Source: an uncultured Verrucomicrobiae bacterium
GTDB taxonomy: Bacteria; Verrucomicrobiota; Verrucomicrobiia; Limisphaerales; Palsa-1400
Direction: 5' to 3'
NCBI GenBank assembly: GCA_963764165.1
Contig: CAVXRD010000002.1
Coordinates: forward strand, 1,312,001 to 1,376,000
Length of the DNA stretch: 64,000 nucleotides
The notes under the pieces are model-generated. The model was not told where the DNA came from and ran no database searches. It was given only the letters and a program-made list of their open reading frames with translations. Below are positions 20,435-30,455 of the stretch, piece by piece (position 1 is the first letter of the stretch; each line of letters begins with the position of its first letter). A program made the position numbers and the translations under genes.

Positions 20435-21734
20435 CACTCGTGTCCAGTTAAGGCGTTGCCAACGCGCCCAAAGTCGTTGATTATCGCAGGGTTGGGGAAT
20501 TTGGGGTTTGTTCTCGATATCCAGTTTGGAAGCGGGTTTGCTGGGCAAATGCCTTCCCACCAAAACGTGTTTTCCCAATTAACCGATCTCCTTTATCCGT
20601 CCGAATTTCGGCGTTGCGCTGAGGCCTTTCCCATGAAGCGCTCCTCGCGCTCGTTCAGCGCCTACGACCATTTCCTGGCTCTGTGTTTCGGACAATTGAC
20701 TTACCGTGAGAGTCTGCGCGACATTGTTGCCTGCCTGCAGGCCCGTCCACGCATGCAGTATCATTTGGGCTTTCGGGGAAGGATCACACGGACCAATCTG
20801 GCTTACTCCAACGAAAACCGGGATTGGCGGGTCTTTGCCGGAGTGGCCGAAGTGCTGATGCGGCGCGCCCGCGCGCTTTACCAGCCTGAAAACGCAGACC
20901 CGGATTTTCCCGCCGTCGCGCTGGCTTTGGACAGCTCCATCATTCATCTGAGCATCAAAATCTTTCCTTGGGCCTATTGGGGACGGTCCCGCGCCGGCGC
21001 GATGAAGCTCCACACGATGCTGTCCTTCCGGGGGGACCTGCCGGTGTGGGCGGCGCTCACGGAAGCCTCTGTTCCCGACGTGAAAATGCTCGACCAGATT
21101 CCCTTGGAGCGCGGCGCCTTCCATGTGATGGACCGGGCCTATTTGGATTTCGCCAGGCTGATGAATGTGGAAACCGCCGGGGCCAAATTCGTCGTGCGCA
21201 ACAAGCGGCAGATCAAATTCAGGGTGAAGGCATCTCGCGTCGTTGACAAGGATGGCGGTTTGCGGTGCGATCAAACCATTCGCTTGACTGGCGAAGACTC
21301 CAAAGGCCGGTATCCGGTTCCGCTCAGGCGAGTGGTTTTTCGGGACGCGCTGGAAGAGCGCACGCTGGTGTTTCTGACCAATGATTTCGAACTGCCTCCT
21401 CTGACCATTTGTGAATTATACAAAAAGCGATGGAGGGTGGAGCTGTTCTTCAAATGGATCAAGCAGCACCTGCGGATCCGCCGCTTCATCGGCCATTCCC
21501 GCAACGCCATTCAATGCCAGATATGGTGCGCCATTTGCACTTACCTCTTGGTGGCCATCGCCAAAAAGCATTGGAAATTGGAGAAAAGTCTGTATGAAAT
21601 CCTGCAAATTTTCAGCGTCAGCGCGTTTGAGCAAACCCCTCTGGGTGAGCTGCTTGCAACAAACGCCATTTCCGAAAACGATTCGGAAAGTCGTAACACA
21701 TTGCCTTTGTTTCACTTATAACTGGACACGCATG
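20435..21734 (+). mobile_element. IS4-family insertion sequence (1300 bp)
   Basis: IRs CACTCGTGTCCAGTTA / TAACTGGACACGCATG; 9-bp TSD AGCGCTGCG at 20426-20434 and 21735-21743. Confidence 0.95.
20549..21721 (+). CDS. IS4 family DDE transposase (DUF4372-like N-terminus)
   Basis: QLTYRESLRDI, LDSS, KLH, MDRAY, YKKRWRVELFFKWIKQHL (Y-2-R-3-E-6-K signature). Confidence 0.95.
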   Translation: MPSHQNVFSQLTDLLYPSEFRRCAEAFPMKRSSRSFSAYDHFLALCFGQLTYRESLRDIVACLQARPRMQYHLGFRGRITRTNLAYSNENRDWRVFAGVAEVLMRRARALYQPENADPDFPAVALALDSSIIHLSIKIFPWAYWGRSRAGAMKLHTMLSFRGDLPVWAALTEASVPDVKMLDQIPLERGAFHVMDRAYLDFARLMNVETAGAKFVVRNKRQIKFRVKASRVVDKDGGLRCDQTIRLTGEDSKGRYPVPLRRVVFRDALEERTLVFLTNDFELPPLTICELYKKRWRVELFFKWIKQHLRIRRFIGHSRNAIQCQIWCAICTYLLVAIAKKHWKLEKSLYEILQIFSVSAFEQTPLGELLATNAISENDSESRNTLPLFHL

Positions 21735-22530
21735 AGCGCTGCGGAGCCATGCCCGAAGGGCCGGACAAAACGGCGTCGCTGCACCAATTGGTGATGTCCT
21801 ACACCCTGCTGCGCCGGGCGGAGTATTACGGCGAGAAGGTGCGGCTCGACCGGCAGAAGCTGAAGCTGCTGGAGGAGCAGATGCGGCAAGAGGCGGAAAA
21901 AAACCGCCAGCGCTCGCCCGAGGAGCACGAGGACCGCCTCAATAAAATCCTGGGCACAGGCCGCTTCGCCGCCAACTGGAACAACGCCCTGAGACGATGG
22001 GAAGGGCCGGGAGCGGCCATGCGGTATGAGGAGGAGGAAGTCACGCTCCAGGTGCGGACGGAAATGAAGCGGCGCTATCCGAATGGTTTCCCCGAAGGCT
22101 ACCGCCCTCCCTACGGCGACCCGCTGCCGGTTTACCCTGGGCCTGTTGACACCGCAAAGAGTGTCAATCATTCAGAGCAGAAGCCCAGTGTTCCAGCGCG
22201 CAGCGATAACGATAGCCCGCACAACAATTCAGTTGGGAACGAGGAACGTGCATCCGCCCCAAGGCAACAGACAGAACAGGAGCCAGCACGAGTGGATCTT
22301 GGGCGACAGCCGACAGATGAACACATTGTCACGATGACGCCTGCGCTTGGGGGCGGGCAGACGCATCTAAACCGAATCCCGGAGGGATGTCAGAGTGTCG
22401 CCGGTGATTGAGCGCGGCGACACCACCGGATACAATCTCGGATGCCTCCGGCATCACGGACGGAACCGCCGAGGTTTAGATGCGTCTTCCCTGGGCGCAT
22501 GGAACGGGCGCGGGCGCAAATCATGTTTTG

Positions 22531-22648
22531 GTAGGGACGCCTCGCCGAGGCGTCCGGGGTGAGGCATTATTCACGAGCGACCCTTTGCATATCCACGCGC
22601 AACCGGACGCCTCGGGCGGAAGTTCCGCTTCCCAGAGGCGTCCCTACC
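22531..22648. repeat. REP-like palindromic pair
   Basis: GTAGGGACGCCTCGCCGAGGCGTCCG ... CGGACGCCTCG...GAGGCGTCCCTACC. Confidence 0.65.
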
Positions 22649-22846
22649 TTTCAGAGAAAGTGTCAAAACTTGATTTTCGCCCGGCGGGCGCAGCTTTTTA
22701 GGGCCCCGGCGCGAGCGGCGAGAATGGCAGCGGATAAAGACTAATTCCCATTTCCGAATACAAAAGTGTCAAAAGTGAGGACGCTGGTAACGCCATTTAT
22801 CAACAAAAGGAACCAGATGAGAAAGCAAAAACTGTCATTTTTCTAG

Positions 22847-22908
22847 GACTGACCCTTTTTCTGACCCTTTTTCGACCCTTTTTTTTTCCGGGACTGACCC
22901 TTTTTTTT
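22847..22908. repeat. Short tandem (CT)GACCCTTTTT repeats
   Basis: Four GACCC-polyT units in about 60 bp. Confidence 0.6.
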
Positions 22909-22944
22909 CCGGCGTTCGAAGCCCACAACCCTGAAAGGGTTGAA

Positions 22945-23147
22945 TCAGTCCCACAGATACCGTTCGTCAAACGCGATTTCGTGACGCCGCAACAATGCTC
23001 TGAATTCATCCGGGAACGAAATCTTCCGAAAACTCCGCCAACGTATCGATGCAACTCCTGGCGCAACGCGGAGTCGCGCAGGAAGGGGCGGCGGTCCTTG
23101 GTGGAAAACACCAAGTGAACCAAAATCTTGGCCAGCGATTGCGGCAT
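22945..23147 (-). pseudogene. tnpA: IS200/IS605-type (REP-associated) Y1 transposase with internal deletion
   Basis: N-terminus MPQSLAKILVHLVFSTKDR joined out of frame to C-terminus RKISFPDEFRALLRRHEIAFDERYLWD*; HUH and catalytic Tyr region missing; flanked by 22-bp inverted hairpins at 22926-22947 and 23175-23196. Confidence 0.85.
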
Positions 23148-23925
23148 GGCGTCAGGATGCGCACAGGGCGGGTTTGATTCAACCCTTTCAGGGTTGGCAT
23201 TGTTATTGCCAATTACCCAGGGTAGCTCGTTGCCCCCGCCTTCGCTTCGCTACGGCGCGGCAAGTCGCAACCGCTGGGCTGAATGATCCAATCCCGTTGG
23301 GATTGGCGAGAAAAGGCAGCGGACACAACACGGGCCACCGTCCTCCAGTTTTAGGTCAAAGTTTCATCGTTTTGGCCCGTTCATTCATCGTGCATGCAAT
23401 CGATTTCATCAACGATGTCAGCCGCTTTTGTTCGATCACTGTGGCTGTGACTGATTTTCGCAAAGCGAACGATTCCTTTTTGATCCAAAATGAAAGTGGA
23501 CGGGTAGGACGTTTCCTTTGGTGCGTCCCAGCGCAAACCGTAGGCGTTAACCATGCTAAACGCAGGATCGATGACGAAGGTGAAATCCTTGGGCCAATCC
23601 TTGTTGCTGAGGAATTCTTTGGCGTGCGCTATCAGGTCGTCCGCCGGCCCGGGGTAAACCATCACGACTCGCGCATGCCTGGCCGCGAATTCGGATGCCG
23701 ATTTGATGTAGTCATGGACCTGTAGTGTGCAGAGAGGGCACTGGCAGCCGGGCCATCCGCGCAAGACAATGAGAACAGTTTTGCCTTTGGATGTCAGGTC
23801 ACTCAAGCGCACACTCTGTTGGTCCAGCGTGTTGAGCGTGAAGTCTGGCGCTTTGTCCCCCACTTCCGGAGGCGTGGCAGCCATTGAAGTCATGGGCAAT
23901 AAGCAAGCCAGGAGGAAGATGCTTA

Positions 23926-25026
23926 TTGATCTCTGTATAATATAGTGACAATATCACCAAAGCTCGGCTTGCTTCCAGAAGGCAGTGACCAATTTGGGTC
24001 TGCGCCGCATCCGGCTCAGGGCCTTGCGCCCGCAATGACTCAACTTCGCCAGGTCGGCCGCGCAAAGATTGGGCAACTCGTGCTGCTTGAAGTAACCCCA
24101 GACATACTCGGTGGGATTGAGTTCGGGCGCATAGGCAGGCAGTCGTTCCACCCAGATTTTGCCTTTCAGTTGATCCACATAGTCCCGCACCAGCCGGCTG
24201 CGGTGGATGGGACCACCGTCCCAAATGACCAGAAGCTTGCCCGGGATGTGGCGTTGCAGATGTTTCAAGAATTCGATCACCTGCGGGCCTTTGATGGTGC
24301 CGGGGTAAAGCCGGAAGTAAAAGTTCCAGACCGTCACCCCGGCGATGATCGAAAGCTTTTTCCAGTTGAAGTCGAACTGCAATACCGGGGTCTGGCCGCG
24401 CGGCGCCCAAGTGCGAACCCGGTGCGGCTTCTGGCTCAATCCGCTCTCGTCGATGAAAACCACGATTCGCCTCTCGCGGAGGGCTTTTTTTTAAGCTGCG
24501 GCCAGCGCACTTTGCGCCAGCGGGTGATCTCCCGCTCATGGCGCTGCCGAGCCTGGGTGGTGGGCCGCTGGCAGCTCCAACCCAGCTTTTGCAGAAGCCG
24601 GCAAACATGGTCCTCGTGGTATTGGACGCCCGTCAACCGTTGGATAACGGCGGCCACCCGCCGGGTGGTCCAAAGCTGGGTGCCAAAGTCATGGGCTTCG
24701 GGTCCCTGTTTGAGGGCCCGTTCCAACTGGCGGAAGTTCTCGTCGGTCAGGCGGGGCTTGCGCCCGGCTCGCCCAGCCTTTTTGAGAGAGGGCGCGCCAT
24801 GGTCCTGCCAAGCCTTATGCCAGCGGCTGACCGATTGCCGGTGGACGCCAACTTGGCGGGCGACCTCGGCCTGGCTCAAGCCTCGGTCGAAAAGTTTGAC
24901 GGCTTTCATGCGCCGCCGTTCCAGTTGTGCAAACTGCGCCAAATCGCGTTTTACGCCTTTAGGATTTCCCATACCCAAAAATTAGCATAAAAACAATAAT
25001 GTGTCACTATATTATGCAGAGATCAA
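23926..25026 (-). mobile_element. IS630-family insertion sequence (1101 bp)
   Basis: 25-bp IRs TTGATCTCTGTATAATATAGTGACA / TGTCACTATATTATGCAGAGATCAA (1 mismatch); TA target duplication on both sides. Confidence 0.95.
23954..24978 (-). CDS. IS630 transposase, two ORFs joined by a -1 frameshift
   Basis: orfA HTH/winged helix ending LKKK at an A8 run (24485-24492); orfB FIDESG, IWDG, LPAYAPELNPTEYVW. Confidence 0.92.
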
Positions 25027-25188
25027 TAGGTGATGATGGAACGAGTTTTTCATAGTATTTTTACTTTAGTTATGTTTTATGGTGAGGAATGACATCGATT
25101 GGCGAAAACCTCTAAAAGCGGGAGCGGTTCTTTCAGGACAACACCATTCAGGTGTGACTCATATATGAGGAACTGCCGCTTTTCAGGC

Positions 25189-26115
25189 CTAATTTATGAA
25201 ACGGTGAATTGCCTCGCTGGCGTTATCTTGAAATGAAGCATTTCTCAAATCAGCAAAGAAGGCGCTCTGGTCCACCATCTCCCCTGATAACTTGCCCTGC
25301 TTGCTGGCATAAAAGACGCCGCTTTTATACCGCTCATCCGAAATGGCATCTACAAAGCGTTTTGCACCCACATCCAGCGTATGCACCATTTCGCCCATCA
25401 ACGGGAATACAACAGGCATCATCACATACTTCAACATAAACCGCATTGGCGGAGGAAGGCTCTCCGGCGCCTGAGTTCCCTTTGTATTTCCCGGGCTCAC
25501 TACAATAAACTTGAGCATGGGATATTTTCTTGCCATTGATAATGTCCACATGGTTTCTGCATACTTGACATATGCGTATGCCTGCAATGCATTGAACTTC
25601 TTGCCAAAATATGATCCGTCAAGAACAGCAGCAAACTCATCCACTGAAGAAGTCCTCATTGAAACTGGTTTTACTCCGAGCATCTTTACGCCTGGAACAG
25701 CTTCGGCGCTGACTGATAGAACTGTTTTTCTTAAATTGTCCCGTTTAAGCAATTCCTCCACTAAAATGACATGGCCTAAAATATTCGTGGCTGCTAATTG
25801 ATTCATGCCGGAAGGCGTCAGTTTCGCCGCCGTTTTCCCAATGACTCCACCTGCATTTAAAATTGCCGCATCAATAGGCTCTTTTATTTTTTCCACTGCT
25901 TTTCTTACAGAATTTGCATCCGTAACGTCCCCTATGATAATTTCAAAAATCTTTTTCCCGGTTTTTTCCTCAAGGTCTTTTTTTGCTGCCTCGGCTCTCG
26001 CTTGGTTTCTGCAAAAAAGAATCACCTTTTTTGTTTCTTGTTTCAAAGCCAACTGCCGGGCCGTCTCTTTACCAAGCCCGGCATTGGCTCCGGTTATTAA
26101 GATGCTTGCGTTCAT
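25189..26115 (-). CDS. Short-chain dehydrogenase/reductase
   Basis: TGANAGLG, LNAG, YAYVK (YxxxK). Confidence 0.9.
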   Translation of the reverse strand: MNASILITGANAGLGKETARQLALKQETKKVILFCRNQARAEAAKKDLEEKTGKKIFEIIIGDVTDANSVRKAVEKIKEPIDAAILNAGGVIGKTAAKLTPSGMNQLAATNILGHVILVEELLKRDNLRKTVLSVSAEAVPGVKMLGVKPVSMRTSSVDEFAAVLDGSYFGKKFNALQAYAYVKYAETMWTLSMARKYPMLKFIVVSPGNTKGTQAPESLPPPMRFMLKYVMMPVVFPLMGEMVHTLDVGAKRFVDAISDERYKSGVFYASKQGKLSGEMVDQSAFFADLRNASFQDNASEAIHRFIN

Positions 26116-26285
26116 TTTGTATCCTTTTTATAGCTGCGACCAACCGCCATCGACCGGAATTGAATGCGTTCATTTCAATTGTTTCCTTTTAATTTATTTT
26201 GTAGCGGGCGCAACAATATACCGGGAGAACAGAGCTCGTCAAACAATTCTTTTGCGCTCGATACAAAATCCGGTACATTGGTGGT

Positions 26286-26873
26286 ATGGCACGAACATTG
26301 GAATTTGATTACCCAAAGGCCCTGGAGAAGGCCACGCGCCTCTTCTGGAAATTGGGTTACGCCGGAACATCCTTGCGTCCCCTGTTGAAAGCCATGGGCA
26401 TCGGGGAAGGCTCTTTTTACAACAAGCTCAAGAGCATGGATTCCGCTTATTTGGAATGCCTCAAACACTACAACGCAACCGTCGGACAACGACGCGGAAA
26501 GGCCCTTTTTTCGGCGCCGACGGGACGAGAAGGAGTGCGGGCGCTCTTCAAGGAGATACTCAACTGTTTGGACAATCCCAGTGCGCCGTCGAAACTTTGT
26601 CTCATGGCAGCCAGCGTGACTGGCGAAGTCCTGGCGGAACCCAGCTTAAGAAAGTTCATTCAGCAAGAAATATCAAAGATGTCCGAAGCCATGATTGCGC
26701 GGTTGAAAGCTGACCAGCAAGCGGGGCTGCTGCCTCCCGACTTTGATCCAGCAACCGTCGTCCCGATCATCATAACTTACATACAAGGACAGTGGCGAAT
26801 GGCTCTGCTCTCATACGACCGCCCCCAATTTGAAAAGCAGATCGACGTTTTTCTGACCGGCTTGGGACTCTGA
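26286..26873 (+). CDS. TetR/AcrR family regulator, divergent from the SDR
   Basis: MARTLEFD...FWKLGYAGTSLRPLLKAMGIGEGSFY HTH. Confidence 0.92.
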   Translation: MARTLEFDYPKALEKATRLFWKLGYAGTSLRPLLKAMGIGEGSFYNKLKSMDSAYLECLKHYNATVGQRRGKALFSAPTGREGVRALFKEILNCLDNPSAPSKLCLMAASVTGEVLAEPSLRKFIQQEISKMSEAMIARLKADQQAGLLPPDFDPATVVPIIITYIQGQWRMALLSYDRPQFEKQIDVFLTGLGL

Positions 26874-27198
26874 TGGGTGACCCGTTTATGACGTTTCTTG
26901 CCCAGTGGCAGCACGAAAATTCCCAAGTCCGCGATGTCGCAACATTAATGGCAGAAAAAAAGTAAAAAGGGTCCTCAATTTTTGCACTAAATGAGACCGG
27001 CTGGAATTTCGGCGAATCCAAGATGACTTTCCGCCTTCGCCAAGGCTATGGCGCGACAAGTCCGGCTTCGTAATGATTGCGGGCGCACAACAGAACAATT
27101 TATTGGGCTGATGTTTGCGCGTGGGGGCAATGCGGGTTTTTGAAAGAACCATTAAATCATTAACTGGACAAGATGTCGCATATGGCTAACGTTCTAAA

Positions 27199-27432
27199 AT
27201 GAGTCGCAATTTTGCTGAACTGAGAGACGAAGCCTTGCGTCTGCCTCCGCAGGATCAACTGCGGCTTGCTCGCACGCTGTTGGAGCAAGCGGAGGCGGTC
27301 GGGGATTTGGAGGTCGAATCGGCTTGGGACGAGGAAATCGGGCGCCGAATCGAGATGGTCGACTCCGGGCTGGCAAAAGGGCGACCGTTCACCGAAGTAT
27401 TGGGAAATATTGACCGTCAGCTTGGAAGATGA
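27199..27432 (+). CDS. Addiction-module antitoxin (TIGR02574-like)
   Basis: ALRLPPQDQLRLARTLL...AWDEEIGRR; ATGA overlap with the toxin gene. Confidence 0.85.
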   Translation: MSRNFAELRDEALRLPPQDQLRLARTLLEQAEAVGDLEVESAWDEEIGRRIEMVDSGLAKGRPFTEVLGNIDRQLGR

Positions 27433-27728
27433 CGCTCCTCGTCCTCGAACAAGCGGAGCGAGAGTTCAGCAAGTCGGTAGGTTACTACGAATCGAAAGAG
27501 ATTGGGCTGGGAGTCCGCTTCCGCAACGAGGTCGCGTCAATTGTAAGCTCAATCCAGCAGCATCCGGAAGTTCCCCGCCTAAGGCTTCGCGGTTACCGTC
27601 GTGTAAACCTTCGCGTTTTTCCGCATTATGTCGCCTACGTGATCCGAAGAGACACTCTTTGGGTGGTGGCCATTGCGCACGCGCATCAACGTCCGGAGTT
27701 TTGGATCAGGAGGATCGGGAAGCTGTGA
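27429..27728 (+). CDS. ParE/RelE family toxin
   Basis: AEREF...YYE...GLG.RF...RRVNLRVFPHYVAY...VVAIAHAHQRPEFW. Confidence 0.88.
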   Translation: MTLLVLEQAEREFSKSVGYYESKEIGLGVRFRNEVASIVSSIQQHPEVPRLRLRGYRRVNLRVFPHYVAYVIRRDTLWVVAIAHAHQRPEFWIRRIGKL

Positions 27729-28066
27729 CCGGTTGCAATGCACAACGCATTCCCCGCAGCCTAAGGCTTGACCGTTAGACCCGCCTGTTTTGCCACTTCT
27801 CTCTGCCTCACATCGAAAGAAACAGCAGAGGAAAACGCCCTTTTCCCCGACCAAAATTTTTTTCATCTCCGCGCCCTCGGTTTCTCCTGTTCGATTCTTG
27901 ATTTTGTCCGCTTCGCCGGGCGTCCAATCCCGTCGGTTGTTTCTGTGAAACCTCGTCCCCGAAAAGTTGGGGAAACATGGTGACAAAAAAGGGAAGCGCC
28001 ACCGGCAAGCGCCAAACTTGCAAATTTTTGCGTGCTTTCCTCGGACTGGCGTTTTACTTTGCGGGC

Positions 28067-29275
28067 ATGGTTTGGTTACTTGCTCTGCTCTGCTTGGGAA
28101 TTGTTGGCGCGGCTGGTTTTTACCAGGGTCCGATTCGCGCCGGGTTTTCTTTCCTCGGACTCATCTTCGGAACCATGCTGGCGGGGCCGCTTTCGCCGCT
28201 CACGCAGCACTTGCTTCCCCTCTTGAGTTTGCACCATCCGGTGTGGGACTTTTTTGCGCCGCAAATTCTGGCCTTCCTGATTGTGCTGACGATTTTCAAA
28301 ATCGCGGGCCAGGTTGTTCACACCAAGGTCGCTGTCTTTTTCAAATACAAGGTGGATGACAAGACGCTTTACCGCTGGCAGCGCGTTTATTCGCGGACAG
28401 GACTGTCCGTTGGGATGCTCAACGGGGCGGTGTATTTTCTTTTGATTTCGCTGCTGATTTATTCCGCGGGCTACTTCACGACGGAGGTTTCGGCGGGCGA
28501 GACCGATTCGGCCGGGGCGAAATTCCTGACCGTGACGCGGGCTGATCTTCACAACGCCAATCTTGACAAAGTGTTGGCGTCTTACGACATGGTGCCGCCG
28601 AAAGTCTATCAGGTCTCCGACCTCGCGGTGACGGTGCTCCACAATCCGCTGCTTGTCAGCCGGCTGTCGCATTATCCGCCTTGCCTTGAATTGGGGATGG
28701 ATCCCGATTTCAAGGAGCTTTCCCGCGACGTCCAATTCCAGCAGATGCTGGCCAGCCAGGCCAAGGTCATCGATGTTTTGAACTATCCCAAGGTGCATTA
28801 CATGCTGACCAATGGCACGATTGTCCGCCAGGTTTCCGCCCTGATTGGGAATGATCTTGATGATCTGAGTCAATACCTGATGACCGGCCAATCGCCCAAA
28901 TACGACTTGGAGTCGATCTTGGGAGTATGGAATATCAATCGCAAGGCGAGCCTCGATCTTTTGCGCCGCAAGGGAGCGGGGATGACCTCCTCCCGGATGG
29001 CGGCGCTCGAGCAGGATTTGATCCCGCGCATCGACGGCCTTTCGCTGACGGCGACGCCGGATGAAAAGCTGTTGCTGAAACTCACCCCCAACAACGGAGA
29101 AGGCACGGTCGTGGCGACGGGCACCTGGAAATCCATCCAGGGCGGTTATCAAGTAAACCTGCCAGGGTCGCTGCCTGAGACGGCGGAAATCCAAATCGAA
29201 GAGGGAACTCGATTGCTGCTGCCGCGCTCGTTCAATAACGTCAACTACGTGCTGGTTTTCGAGAAAGAGCAGTAA
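28067..29275 (+). CDS. CvpA-like membrane protein with C-terminal extension
   Basis: N-terminal TM helices with GFYQGPIR...G motif and RTGLSVGMLNG. Confidence 0.6.
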   Translation: MVWLLALLCLGIVGAAGFYQGPIRAGFSFLGLIFGTMLAGPLSPLTQHLLPLLSLHHPVWDFFAPQILAFLIVLTIFKIAGQVVHTKVAVFFKYKVDDKTLYRWQRVYSRTGLSVGMLNGAVYFLLISLLIYSAGYFTTEVSAGETDSAGAKFLTVTRADLHNANLDKVLASYDMVPPKVYQVSDLAVTVLHNPLLVSRLSHYPPCLELGMDPDFKELSRDVQFQQMLASQAKVIDVLNYPKVHYMLTNGTIVRQVSALIGNDLDDLSQYLMTGQSPKYDLESILGVWNINRKASLDLLRRKGAGMTSSRMAALEQDLIPRIDGLSLTATPDEKLLLKLTPNNGEGTVVATGTWKSIQGGYQVNLPGSLPETAEIQIEEGTRLLLPRSFNNVNYVLVFEKEQ

Positions 29276-29283
29276 AGGAAGGT

Positions 29284-30417
29284 ATGGCAACTACAGCAGA
29301 ATCCGTGAGCAAAGGGCTCGATGGCATCGTCGCCGCCCAAACCCGCCTGAGCGACGTCCGCGGGGAGGCGGGCGAATTAATTTACGCCGGCTACGACATC
29401 AACGAACTTGCCGGCAAAGTCACGTTTGAGGAAGTCATTCATTTGCTGCATTGGAACCATCTTCCCAATCGCAAGGAACTGGCCGAATTGCACGGCATCC
29501 TCGCGGCGGATCGCGATTTGCCCAAAGGCGTGGTGGATATTTTGCGCATCGTCCCCAAAGACACGCCGCCCATGGACGTTCTTCGCACGGCCGTGTCGGC
29601 GACCGGATGTTTTGATGCGCAGCGCGACGAGAATTCCTACGACGACCAGCGCCGCAAAGCGATGCGCTTGATTGCGCAGATTCCCGTCATCACCGCCTTT
29701 TATCATCGCATCCGCCAGGGCAAGGACATCGTGCTGCCGGATCCGAAACTCAGCGAAGCCGCCAATTTTCTTTACATGATGGACGGCGAAATTCCGTCGC
29801 CGGAAAAAACCAGCACCCTGGATTTGTGCTACACGCTTCACGCGGATCACGGGATGAACGCCTCGACCTTCAGCGCGCGTGTCACCATCGCGACGCTGAG
29901 CGACATGTATTCGGCCATCACCAGCGCCATCGGCACCTTGAAAGGGCCGCTGCACGGCGGAGCGAACGAGGGCGTCATCAAGATGCTGAAGGAAATCGGC
30001 TCGCTGGACCGGGTCGATGCCTACGTCGAAGAATGCCTGGTGCAGAAGAAAAAGATCATGGGCATCGGCCATCGCGTTTACAAGACGCTCGATCCGCGAG
30101 CGCCGCACCTCAAGCGCATGGCGCAGGTCTTGAGCCAGAAACTCGGCGAGCCGAAGTGGATCCAGATGAGTGATCGCATCGCCGAGATCATGCTCAAGAA
30201 AAAGGGGCTGCACGCGAATGTCGATTTCTACTCCGCCACCGTCTATTACTCGCTGGGAATTCCGACCGATCTTTTCACTCCGCTCTTCGCCATCGCGCGG
30301 ATGGCGGGATGGACGGCCCATTTGCTGGAGCAGGTGGCCGACAACCGCCTCATCCGCCCGCAGAGCCTTTACATCGGCCCGGTGGGATTGCACGTCAAAC
30401 CGGTCGACGAGCGGTAG
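29284..30417 (+). CDS. gltA: Citrate synthase (2-methylcitrate synthase not excluded)
   Basis: HADHGMNAST, GPLHGGANE, MGIGHRVYK, NVDFYS. Confidence 0.9.
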   Translation: MATTAESVSKGLDGIVAAQTRLSDVRGEAGELIYAGYDINELAGKVTFEEVIHLLHWNHLPNRKELAELHGILAADRDLPKGVVDILRIVPKDTPPMDVLRTAVSATGCFDAQRDENSYDDQRRKAMRLIAQIPVITAFYHRIRQGKDIVLPDPKLSEAANFLYMMDGEIPSPEKTSTLDLCYTLHADHGMNASTFSARVTIATLSDMYSAITSAIGTLKGPLHGGANEGVIKMLKEIGSLDRVDAYVEECLVQKKKIMGIGHRVYKTLDPRAPHLKRMAQVLSQKLGEPKWIQMSDRIAEIMLKKKGLHANVDFYSATVYYSLGIPTDLFTPLFAIARMAGWTAHLLEQVADNRLIRPQSLYIGPVGLHVKPVDER

Positions 30418-30455
30418 AATTTCTTAAATCACAGCTACGTTCAAATTTACATCCG

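Larger units (their letters stand above)
19993..22411 (+). pseudogene. DUF3486/Mu-gp27-like hypothetical gene interrupted by IS4
   Basis: N-terminus SKIARLPADIRAELNERL...NLSRWRQGGY; removing the IS and one TSD joins ...EMQRC-GAMPEGPDK... in frame (369 aa). Confidence 0.75.
23381..25053 (-). pseudogene. AhpC/TSA-family peroxiredoxin-like redoxin interrupted by IS630 in its signal peptide
   Basis: VGDKAPDFTL, RGWPGCQCPLC, PSTFILDQKGIVRF; excising the IS gives MKNSFHHHL-SIFLLACLLPMTSMAA... in frame (189 aa). Confidence 0.85.

Noticed and set aside
23945..24985. 346-aa + strand ORF spanning the IS630
   Set aside because: Antisense shadow of the transposase, with no recognisable motifs
19993..27728. 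Prophage
   Set aside because: One phage-like domain only; no terminase large subunit, capsid, tail or integrase genes
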